64,000 nt of DNA from an uncultured bacterium. Its GTDB lineage: Bacteria; JAGOEH01. This document shows, piece after piece, positions 48,559 through 57,468 of the stretch (position 1 is the stretch's first letter; each line of letters starts with the position of its first letter). The translations under genes were made by a program, and so were the position numbers. The notes under the pieces are model-generated. The model was not told the origin of the DNA, did not search any database, and saw only the letters and a list, made by a program, of their open reading frames with translations. The DNA is taken from assembly GCA_964632485.1 (NCBI GenBank), contig CAZWDO010000001.1, forward strand, positions 186,001-250,000, given 5' to 3'.

Positions 48559-50231
48559 TTCTTTTTTTTGCGACGACACCGGGAAATCCTTATTGGTTAC
48601 CCGTTAAAAAACTCTTACTTGAAAACAGCATTGAACCGACAGATTTATATATTATCAAAAACGCTTCCGGCAGTTCCTCATTCCGCATTGATCTCTTGTT
48701 GGAACGGCCATTGACTTCCATAGATTATATCTTACAAATAGCTGAAGTTAGTCACAAGCCAGATTGGCCCCTTTTATTGAATCAACAACCTATCAGCGAA
48801 GTTTATCCCGCTTCGATTAAAAACCTGACCGAACTTATCGGTTTTCTTGAAGCTTATGATCAAGACATGAATCAAATTTTACAAAAACTGCATCAAAAAA
48901 TCCTTTCACACCTTCCTTCAGATTACCTCGAATACTGGACACGACATATTTTCAATCAGAACCCGGGAACACAGTCATTGATTGAGCAGGAAAGAATGGA
49001 TAGTCTATATTTTTCAATTCTCGATTCGATATCGAACCGGGAATTGGTCCAGCCGCTATATAAAGCTCTCAAACTGATTGGTCTTATGGAGCAAAAAAAA
49101 ATAACATTCAAAATTAAAAACTCTCCGCAAACGATTGATTATCCCCAGGGCCGGGTCGTTATCGGAACGTTAGGGGATGATATCTACACTGAACCCGTTT
49201 GGTTGATCATTGATCCTGGCGGAAACGACCGATATAGTTTTTCGCGCGGAATGCCGATGTTTCACAATCAATTCATCATCGATATCCAAGGCAACGATGA
49301 ATACAATGGTTCCCGGGAATTATCATTGAATGCAGCCTATATGAATTCGAACATCCTGATCGACCTGGCCGGGGACGATCATTACACAGCCGAATCTGCT
49401 TCTATAGGCAGCGCCTTAATGGGAAACTGTGTGTTGTATGACGGTATGGGAAACGACACCTACCAAATTGAAAAATATGGTCAATCCTTCGCATTTTTGG
49501 GTAATGCCATACTTTGGGATCGGCAGGGCAATGACCATTACCAGGGAGGCTGTTTTATCCAGGCAAGCGCATTCCCCCAGGGTTTAGCTATTCTGTTAGA
49601 CCAGGATGGGGACGATGAGTATATTTCCCAGGGGATACAGCCCGATATCCGCGACACTAGCGCTTATGACACATTCGGCCAGGGATACGGGATGGGATTT
49701 CGCCCCTGGTGCCATGGCGGCTGCGGAATGCTAATCGATATTAACGGTAACGATTACTATTGGGGTTCTTATTTTGCCCAGGGATGCGGCTACTGGAAAA
49801 GTGTTGGCATCCTGATCGATAAAACCGGTGATGATCAATACCAGGCCCGCCGCTATGCTCAGGGCGCCGGCATTCATCTGGCGGCAGGTTTGCTCCTCGA
49901 TCAAGACGGAAATGATTCCTACCAATCATGGGGTGTCAGCCAGGGATGTGGGTATGATTATGCTCTGGGCTGTTTAATCGATGAAAATGGGTCCGATGAT
50001 TACCGGGCGGAATGGTATTCCATGGCAGCCGCTGATAAAAATGGCTGCGGAATACTGATAGATACTAAAGGAAGCAATCAATTTATAACTCTTCAAGCCA
50101 ACTGTTTAGCGTTTGCCGACACCGCTCGGGCCACTTGCAGCTTTTCTCTTTTCTTATACGATTCTCTTTTTTCACAATGCATCTCTCAGCCCCATACTCC
50201 CCGCGCCATCGGACTTGGTTATGAAAAATAA
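48474..50231 (+). CDS. Exported protein with tandem (I/L)D-x-x-G-(N/D)-D-x-Y repeats
   Basis: About ten repeats such as IDPGGNDRY, IDIQGNDEY and LDQDGDDEY. True start uncertain. Confidence 0.7.
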   Translation: MDHSSFPFTRKRPGNRYGRYFILFPLQLILFFATTPGNPYWLPVKKLLLENSIEPTDLYIIKNASGSSSFRIDLLLERPLTSIDYILQIAEVSHKPDWPLLLNQQPISEVYPASIKNLTELIGFLEAYDQDMNQILQKLHQKILSHLPSDYLEYWTRHIFNQNPGTQSLIEQERMDSLYFSILDSISNRELVQPLYKALKLIGLMEQKKITFKIKNSPQTIDYPQGRVVIGTLGDDIYTEPVWLIIDPGGNDRYSFSRGMPMFHNQFIIDIQGNDEYNGSRELSLNAAYMNSNILIDLAGDDHYTAESASIGSALMGNCVLYDGMGNDTYQIEKYGQSFAFLGNAILWDRQGNDHYQGGCFIQASAFPQGLAILLDQDGDDEYISQGIQPDIRDTSAYDTFGQGYGMGFRPWCHGGCGMLIDINGNDYYWGSYFAQGCGYWKSVGILIDKTGDDQYQARRYAQGAGIHLAAGLLLDQDGNDSYQSWGVSQGCGYDYALGCLIDENGSDDYRAEWYSMAAADKNGCGILIDTKGSNQFITLQANCLAFADTARATCSFSLFLYDSLFSQCISQPHTPRAIGLGYEK

Positions 50232-50844
50232 ATTTTTGCAATTTCTGTTCCTCTTCGCAATGCTTCGCAGCGCAATAGGTCAATTTAATTCTCCGGATTC
50301 GCTTTTACGCATCGCCACACCGATTGATGCCGATTCCATCGCCTACAGGATTGCCCGTCAGTTTTCCTGGCAGACCCTTTACCCTTATTTCAGCTTAAGA
50401 AATCCCTTACACATTCAGATCATGCGGGATGCGATCGCGCAACAGCCCGAATACCCATTTTTTATGGATTCTTTGCGGGACGAAATTAATTCACGAATTA
50501 TGCTCAATGGCTTGATAGCCTGGGACAAATATCGATTAAATTTTCCTCAATCCGATCCCCTTCAGGGGGAATCCCTGCTTTTATTATTCTCCCATTCTTC
50601 TCATTTTGAGATACGGGTATTGTGCGCCGATCTATTAAATCGCTTGCAACCGGAGAAAGCGGTTCCCCGCTTGAGACAACTACTAACCGACGATCATCCC
50701 ATGGTGATTCGGATGGCCGCCTATTCTCTTTCAATCTTAGGGGATACGGCTTCATTACCGCGCCTGGACTCTCTTCAAGAATCAGAGGATTTCTACCTCC
50801 GATTCACAATCCGTCAGGTGATCAAAAAACTTAAACAACTCTAA
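50221..50844 (+). CDS. HEAT-repeat protein with signal peptide
   Basis: MKNKFLQFLFLFAML signal; AVPRLRQLLTDDHPMVIRMAAYSLSILGD HEAT repeat. Confidence 0.7.
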   Translation: MKNKFLQFLFLFAMLRSAIGQFNSPDSLLRIATPIDADSIAYRIARQFSWQTLYPYFSLRNPLHIQIMRDAIAQQPEYPFFMDSLRDEINSRIMLNGLIAWDKYRLNFPQSDPLQGESLLLLFSHSSHFEIRVLCADLLNRLQPEKAVPRLRQLLTDDHPMVIRMAAYSLSILGDTASLPRLDSLQESEDFYLRFTIRQVIKKLKQL

Positions 50845-50854
50845 CGAGGTGTCT

Positions 50855-52546
50855 ATGAATTCACGATTCATCCAGCATTTTCATTTAAAACGGCTCAATT
50901 CCATCAAAACCGTATTGATAATTGTCTTAGTACTGATGATTTTCGCGGTCTTACACTTACTGGCCCATCTGTTCATTCCCTTTATCCTGGCGTTATTCAT
51001 GGCCTACCTGATCCATCCAATGGTCCAGAAGGTACGAACTTGGGGTGTTCCATCACCTCTGGCCATTGCTGGTGTATTGTTTCTAATTTTAGCGATCATT
51101 GTGTCCATCTCGCTGCTGTTTTTCAAAAGCATTCAAAATTTCATTGCTGACACGGCCAAACTAGATTTTTATGAGCAGCGCTTGAACCAGATCGTGGATG
51201 AGGTCCGGGAACTGCTGATCAATACAAATCTCATTGAGCAGGAGGAATGGTTTCAAATTCCCCAGAAACTATTCAGCCAGGCAAGAAACTACCTACTCAA
51301 TTTTATTAGTTCAACGACTAGTTTCGTCAGTTATTTTATCCTATTTCTTTTCTATCTTCTTTTCATACTGCCGGGAATCAAAAATTTCAACACCAAGATA
51401 AACCGGGCGTACGGCGTCGTTCGAGGGCAACGGATTACCGGTTTGAACCAGCGGATTATCCGACAATTACAGCAGTATATCAAAGCCAAAACAATTGTTT
51501 CATCGATAACGGGCATCTCAGCCTATCTGGTATGTTTGCTTTTTGGACTTGAATTCCCGTTTATATGGGGAACTCTGGCATTTATTTTGAATTTTATTCC
51601 GAATATTGGCTCGATCATTGCAACATTTTTGCCCACGTTATTAGCGATACTGCAATTCAATAATTTTCCCCAGGCGCTGGCCATGATGGGAGCGCTCATT
51701 TCTATTCAATTCTCACTGGGAAATATTCTCGAACCCCGATTATTATCCCAGCAATTATCCATGAGTCCTCTGGTGGTGATCATTTCCCTGGTTGTATGGG
51801 GGTGGCTGTGGGGTATTCCCGGAGTAATCCTTTCGATACCAATTATGGCCAGTTTCAGCATAATTGCTTCCAATTTTCCATCGCTCAAACCAATCGGATT
51901 GTTAATGCTCAGCTCTTTTCCAATTCCCGAGGATGAGGAACGGATCAGCCTGCTGATCCACATGATGCTCGCCGACAATCGCACATCGGAAAAAGATGAA
52001 CACTTCTTCAAGAAAGAGTTCCATCACCTGGTATCCAATCCCCGATATTTAGAAAAAACCTGGAAACAGTTAAAAAAGAAGCCCCGCAAACTTGACCAGA
52101 TATTTGAAGACACCCCTCCCGAGCAAACCGTTCAGCTCTATTTGCTGGCATGTGAGCAAGCGCTGGCTGATCGGATCATCACCGAAAATGAAAACCAAAT
52201 GCTGGAAACTATCCGCTCAATCGGCGGGATCCACTCAGATGTCGCTACTCTGGTCCATGAGTGCGCATATATTTCCAGAGGAATTGAATCGCCAACAGAA
52301 ACCCAGCATTTCACCTTGCCAGCCGATAGTAATCCGCTGCCATCGTTAGAAATGTTAGCCTATAGCCATCAGACACTCGCACGAAACTATTTCGAAAAAG
52401 AAAAATGGCATTCCTCACTGAGTCATTACAAGCAATCCCTGCGATATTTCAGCCGGCTGCGCTTAACCCAGCAAATTCCTTACTGTCTTGAGATGATGAC
52501 GATTATCCATGAACAATTGGAAGAGTCGCAGGAAATGTCCCGTTAA
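50855..52546 (+). CDS. AI-2E family transporter with C-terminal TerB-like extension
   Basis: LNFIPNIGSIIA, GNILEPRL and WGWLWGIPGVILSIP motifs; extra ~210 aa with ADNRTSEKD / ADRIITENE. Confidence 0.85.
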   Translation: MNSRFIQHFHLKRLNSIKTVLIIVLVLMIFAVLHLLAHLFIPFILALFMAYLIHPMVQKVRTWGVPSPLAIAGVLFLILAIIVSISLLFFKSIQNFIADTAKLDFYEQRLNQIVDEVRELLINTNLIEQEEWFQIPQKLFSQARNYLLNFISSTTSFVSYFILFLFYLLFILPGIKNFNTKINRAYGVVRGQRITGLNQRIIRQLQQYIKAKTIVSSITGISAYLVCLLFGLEFPFIWGTLAFILNFIPNIGSIIATFLPTLLAILQFNNFPQALAMMGALISIQFSLGNILEPRLLSQQLSMSPLVVIISLVVWGWLWGIPGVILSIPIMASFSIIASNFPSLKPIGLLMLSSFPIPEDEERISLLIHMMLADNRTSEKDEHFFKKEFHHLVSNPRYLEKTWKQLKKKPRKLDQIFEDTPPEQTVQLYLLACEQALADRIITENENQMLETIRSIGGIHSDVATLVHECAYISRGIESPTETQHFTLPADSNPLPSLEMLAYSHQTLARNYFEKEKWHSSLSHYKQSLRYFSRLRLTQQIPYCLEMMTIIHEQLEESQEMSR

Positions 52547-54951
52547 TTCTCTTTCATCGTGTATAGTCGATTACGGAAATAGGCATCATATACCACATCG
52601 CAATAGATATCCAGTTTTTCTCGTAGTTGGTTTGTTTCCGCGTATTTCCAAAACCCGTAGATTTTAGCGAGTTTTATCAGCTCCTTAACATGCAGCGTCC
52701 AATTATAGCGCTCGGAGATACGTTTCATACCTTGTTTTGAAATTTTTTCCCACTGCTTAGAATTATCCTGACAGGAATTGAAGAACTTTATTAATTCACC
52801 CGCAGTTTCACTACTCAAAGTCGGGTTAATCAGAAAACCATTGACACCGGGCCGGATAATTTCCCGGGGACCGCCAAACTTTGTGGCGAAAACCGGCAAT
52901 CCCGATTGCATCGCTTCCAAAACAGTTAATCCAAAGGCTTCAAACAAAGCCGGCTGAACAAATATTCCTTTGTGATCGGCAATCACCCGATAAATCTCAC
53001 CACTTTCCGTTTTAGTGAACATCATTCCCAACCAACGGATGCGGCCGTTGAGTTTAAACAGGTCGATCAATTCATACAAGCGGTGGATTTCCTGCTTTTC
53101 TTCATCATCCGAGCTTTCTTCACTATTGATTTTTCCAGCGATAATAATCAAATTAGCGTGTACTTGCAGTTCGGGATGCTGACCATAGATTTCAACAAAC
53201 CCTGAAATATTTTTTATTTTATCCAAGCGTGAAAGTAAGAGTATCGGGGTTTTCTCAGGATCATCGAGTTCGCCAAATATCTGTTGATGCTGAATTTTAA
53301 AAAGAAGCTCCTCAATATGGCGGGTCAATTCGGCATCCCGCTTTTCCACTTGAGAAAATGGAAAATAATGTTGGTCGGAAACTCCCGGAGGCACAACATT
53401 AAATTTCGGGTAAAACAGATCGATTCCATTAACAACATGATAAAGCCCCGGCATGGAAAAACACTGGTAGGATTCATATTGGCCGCGCATTTCCTGGGTT
53501 CCGGCAATCTCCTGGGAGGTGCTGGTGATAATAAACGAAGCCATATTCATGGCAACCAGATCAGCAGTAAATTGAAGCGAAAAATGGTATTGCGTCTCCA
53601 TATCCTGCCAATATAAATCAGAAAAAAGATACTTAGTTTTTTCAAGGGCGTGAGCGATATTGCATTGGGTAACTCCCAGTTTTTTTGCCATCAAAGAGGC
53701 GACAAGATTTCCATCGGAATAGTTGCCGATAATCAAGTCCGGCTGACCGCCATCAAATTCGGATTTTAAAACAGGCAGCGCTTCATTGGCAAATCGTTCA
53801 AGGTATGGCCAGATTTTGAATCGGGAAATCCATTGTGACACCACATTCCCGGATTCATTCGTAAAAGGTACTCGAACAATACAACTGTAATTCGTTTCAT
53901 CAATGAGTTCACGAGTGAGGTGGCAAGTTGTTCCCTGGCTTTCGGGAATCTGCCGGGTTAAAATCACAATTTTGGGGTTTACATCCAACCCGGCCTCAAC
54001 TAATGATTGACGTAAAAATGCCTCGAGATAACGGACTTGATCCAGAATATAGACAACTTGACCCCCGGTATCAGGACGACCTAACACATCATGTTGACCA
54101 AAAAAACCATGAGGTGATACAACACAAATACGAGATATCATGGGAATTTGCGTCAGAAAATCTTCTAAATTATTAGGATCCGGTTCTTTAAACAAAGCTA
54201 AGGCTTTTTCCATATTCCGCCCGATCTGTTCAATTGTCCGCCCCCATCCCGGCGCAAAACCCAATGACTTCATCTCCTGTTCAATGTTCTGGCGTAGCGT
54301 TTTCTCCGGTTTTTTCCTGATTGATCCTGTAAGATAAACTAAATGGGAAATCAACTGGGGGACATTCGTAATCCTGCTGCCATCGATCAACAGGGTTTTC
54401 CCCTGCAAACTATGAATTTTCAAAAAATTAAAAACTTTTTCATTCCACTGTTCCGAATTATGAAACATATTATCAGCTAAATAGCGATTTAAAAAACGTA
54501 TTCCATCTCCCAAACTCCTGGAATCCTTTATTAAAGGGAAATAATCATAAAAGGGCTGAAAGTTTAATGAAGGGATATTGGTTTTAAAATCGTGGTTACT
54601 GATGATTTGATCACGCAAATTTAAATAATCGATGGATTTGATTTCCCTGAATTGCCAATCAGTTTCATCTAAAATACTATAATGATAACGCGCCAGATCA
54701 TAACGTAAAACAATTACAACACCCCGTTCGGAAAAGATGAGTTCAGGCACATTGCAGAAACTACGGTATAAGTAGGTTTCTTTTCCTTCATTTTTGAATG
54801 AATTCGGGGCAGACAAGAAAAACAATCGCATCTCATTAATAATTTCATTACGAAGAAAATAGGATTTCCCCATTTTTTTTAAATAGCGGATATACTGTTG
54901 TAAAAGTGGAAGTTCAATACGCTGAAATTCAACCGGGAGTTGATGTTGCAT
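52543..54951 (-). CDS. Sucrose synthase (GT4)
   Basis: SPHGFFGQ, PDTGGQVVYILDQV, IGNYSDGNLVA, AHALEKTKY and EAFGLTVLEAM motifs. Confidence 0.95.
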   Translation of the reverse strand: MQHQLPVEFQRIELPLLQQYIRYLKKMGKSYFLRNEIINEMRLFFLSAPNSFKNEGKETYLYRSFCNVPELIFSERGVVIVLRYDLARYHYSILDETDWQFREIKSIDYLNLRDQIISNHDFKTNIPSLNFQPFYDYFPLIKDSRSLGDGIRFLNRYLADNMFHNSEQWNEKVFNFLKIHSLQGKTLLIDGSRITNVPQLISHLVYLTGSIRKKPEKTLRQNIEQEMKSLGFAPGWGRTIEQIGRNMEKALALFKEPDPNNLEDFLTQIPMISRICVVSPHGFFGQHDVLGRPDTGGQVVYILDQVRYLEAFLRQSLVEAGLDVNPKIVILTRQIPESQGTTCHLTRELIDETNYSCIVRVPFTNESGNVVSQWISRFKIWPYLERFANEALPVLKSEFDGGQPDLIIGNYSDGNLVASLMAKKLGVTQCNIAHALEKTKYLFSDLYWQDMETQYHFSLQFTADLVAMNMASFIITSTSQEIAGTQEMRGQYESYQCFSMPGLYHVVNGIDLFYPKFNVVPPGVSDQHYFPFSQVEKRDAELTRHIEELLFKIQHQQIFGELDDPEKTPILLLSRLDKIKNISGFVEIYGQHPELQVHANLIIIAGKINSEESSDDEEKQEIHRLYELIDLFKLNGRIRWLGMMFTKTESGEIYRVIADHKGIFVQPALFEAFGLTVLEAMQSGLPVFATKFGGPREIIRPGVNGFLINPTLSSETAGELIKFFNSCQDNSKQWEKISKQGMKRISERYNWTLHVKELIKLAKIYGFWKYAETNQLREKLDIYCDVVYDAYFRNRLYTMKEN

Positions 54952-57130
54952 GAAGCTCCTCCATAAAATGATAATGTTCAATCGCTTCTAAAATAGCGCC
55001 GGCATAAGGTCGTTGAGCATAATATATGTTTTTCAAGCCACGCAGTTCTTTTTGATGATTGGCAACAACAACGGATTTGGGAATAATACGCAGCATTTCC
55101 TTGTCATTGCCGGCATCACCGGCAACCAGAATCTGATCAATTGAAATATCCCATTGTTTACACAAGTATAAAATTGCCTGTAATTTTGAAGCCCGTTTAG
55201 GAATGATATCCACTAATCGTTCTTCAGTAACGATTATTTTGCAACTCAATTTAGCAGTTTTAAAAATCCGGCGTAATTCACGGATGTACTTGATGTCATA
55301 TTTTTCGACTAAATAATAGCTCAGTTTAAAACGGCGCAAATCTAGTTGTTTGCGTAAAAATGAACACGTTTCCAATAAATTTTCAATTTTTTCAGACTCC
55401 CATTTATAACGGATTACCCGCTCCCAACCTCGGCTGGGAATAATCTTGCCGCCAGTATGATAATAAATTTCAGTACCCACTGAAGTAATCAGTATATCCG
55501 GAATTGGAACATTTTCTTTTTGGAGTACATCCNNNNNNNNNNATTCAACATTTCTACCGGTTGCAATAGCAAAACCCATCTGCCCTTTCTGACTAACCAG
55601 CCAGGCCACAAATTGTTCCGTCCAATCAGTCGATCCAATTAGTGTATTATCAATATCACTTATTAAAAAACCCTTGAATCGGGTCAGATTTTCACCAATA
55701 GAAAGAGTCTGGAAGTTAGATTGAACTTGAGTTTTAAGAATTTCCCGCCGTTCGAGTTCCTGGACTAAATATTGACAATGATATTTCCAGACGTAAAACT
55801 TTTGGCTATTGATAACGCCATTATTAGATAATTCTGACCAGTATTCAGAGTCTGAAAGAATTTTTCTGAGGCCGTCAGCGATCGATTTCTCATCAGTGGA
55901 ATCGACTAAAATCCCATTTTGACACTGTCTGATGATTTCGCTCGGTCCCCCATCCTGAGTGGCAACGATCGGCAAACCGGATACTGCAGCTTCGATTAAA
56001 GTCAAGCCGAATGGTTCAGTGAAAGCCGGATTGATAAAAACACCCCGCAACCGCGCAGCGAATCGATATAAAGCGGGGATTTCAAATTCAAAGCTATGCT
56101 TTTTCGGAATCGCCATTCGTCCATAAAGATCATATTTATCCATCAGCAACAGCATTTCAGTCAGTATCTGGCGTTCAGAATGATCTTTGGCCGTAATATC
56201 GCGTCGTATCCCGGCAAAAATGGCCAAATTCGCCATTGACTGTAATTCCCTATCTTTTCCATAGGCATGGATCAAACCCTCAATGTTTTTGCGCTTTTCA
56301 GCCCGGCAAATTACTAAAATCAACGGTTTCCCCGGGTCAACTAAAAAACGGTTCAATTCACACGTAATTCGCTCATGCGCTTGCAACTGTTTCTCATAAA
56401 CCTCATGACCTAATTCTTCGACTGTCGGCTGATAGTAATAAGGCCAGAACTGATCAAGAGATATCCCAGGCGAAATCACACAAAATGCATCTTCCAAAAA
56501 TCCGTCATAAACTCCCCATTGCTCCCGGATCTCCTGCTGCGTCGAGGTGACGATCATTGCGGATTTTTTAACAACCTCAGTTTCAGCCTCAATCCGGCGG
56601 GACATCTGGTATTCTTTTTCAATCAGCTCGTTAGAGTACCCCTGGTCTTCCAATTTTTTTAATTTCTGATATCCCAGGGAGTGTCCAGTATGAATAAACG
56701 GAATGTTTAAATAATCCGCCATGATACCGGCTACATAACCTGCATCGGCATAATGACTATGTATCAAGTCAAACCGCAATCCTCTACTCTTCAAAATTCT
56801 CAAGGCATTATCGACAAATTCATCCAGATGCGGCCACAAACGCTCCTTACGGATATAACGTTTTCCACCGCAGGCAACACGCAAAATCCGAACATTCGGC
56901 GATAAAATCTCCTCTTCTTCATTATAATCCGCACTATACCTTTTATCATGAATCTGCCGAGTTAACACAACCACGGAATTCACCTGCGGATGCTGCCCTA
57001 ACTCCTGAGCATATTCCAGCACATATTTGGTTTGTCCACCAGTATCGGCATCTCTGCCTAATTCAAGCTGGCGCCCCCGCAATAAACCATGAATATTAAT
57101 TAAGAGAAACCGATAGCTTTTATCAATCAT
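54929..57130 (-). CDS. Sucrose-phosphate synthase with C-terminal HAD (SPP-like) domain
   Basis: LELGRDADTGGQTKYV, HSHYADAG and EPFGLTLIEAA; C-terminal SDIDNTL and AGDAGND. Contains a 10-N gap. Confidence 0.93.
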   Translation of the reverse strand: MIDKSYRFLLINIHGLLRGRQLELGRDADTGGQTKYVLEYAQELGQHPQVNSVVVLTRQIHDKRYSADYNEEEEILSPNVRILRVACGGKRYIRKERLWPHLDEFVDNALRILKSRGLRFDLIHSHYADAGYVAGIMADYLNIPFIHTGHSLGYQKLKKLEDQGYSNELIEKEYQMSRRIEAETEVVKKSAMIVTSTQQEIREQWGVYDGFLEDAFCVISPGISLDQFWPYYYQPTVEELGHEVYEKQLQAHERITCELNRFLVDPGKPLILVICRAEKRKNIEGLIHAYGKDRELQSMANLAIFAGIRRDITAKDHSERQILTEMLLLMDKYDLYGRMAIPKKHSFEFEIPALYRFAARLRGVFINPAFTEPFGLTLIEAAVSGLPIVATQDGGPSEIIRQCQNGILVDSTDEKSIADGLRKILSDSEYWSELSNNGVINSQKFYVWKYHCQYLVQELERREILKTQVQSNFQTLSIGENLTRFKGFLISDIDNTLIGSTDWTEQFVAWLVSQKGQMGFAIATGRNVEXXXXDVLQKENVPIPDILITSVGTEIYYHTGGKIIPSRGWERVIRYKWESEKIENLLETCSFLRKQLDLRRFKLSYYLVEKYDIKYIRELRRIFKTAKLSCKIIVTEERLVDIIPKRASKLQAILYLCKQWDISIDQILVAGDAGNDKEMLRIIPKSVVVANHQKELRGLKNIYYAQRPYAGAILEAIEHYHFMEELHATSTPG
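55533..55542. other. Assembly/scaffold gap (10 N)
   Basis: Run of n in the sequence. Confidence 0.99.
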
Positions 57131-57468
57131 ACGGCGCTCCTTTCATAAGTAAATTGATATTTTCTATATATTTAATATAAACAATAGATTATAAAAGTCA
57201 ATGTTTTATTTTTAAAAAATTCTGAGTTCCACAATAATATATATAAAATCGACACATAGTATCCAAATTTAACGCCAAGTCAGAGCGTTTCAGACGGAAA
57301 AAAAAATCTGCTCAGACACAGCGCCAAAATGGGAGGGTTCTCACCGAACTCTATTTCATACAGGGTTCCAGTGCATTTCGCCATTCTGCTTTCAATTACC
57401 GACAATAACCTCTATTTATGCTACCAATTTTTTTTTAATTGGAATCTTCAAACAAGCGATCAGGCAGA

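Noticed and set aside
49150-50090. CRISPR-like or RTX-toxin repeats
   Set aside because: The repeats are degenerate, protein-coding and in frame. They lack identical DNA repeats with spacers and the GGxGxDxL nonapeptide tandem array.
55533-55542. Frameshift or programmed recoding in SPS
   Set aside because: This is an assembly gap of nominal length. Both sides are SPS/HAD-like, so nothing biological can be concluded.
57240-57468. IS element or MITE suggested by recurring TGTCGG-containing words (also near 7380, 11335, 42725 and 45775)
   Set aside because: The matches are short, with no transposase, paired terminal repeats or target duplications. At most these are decayed remnants.
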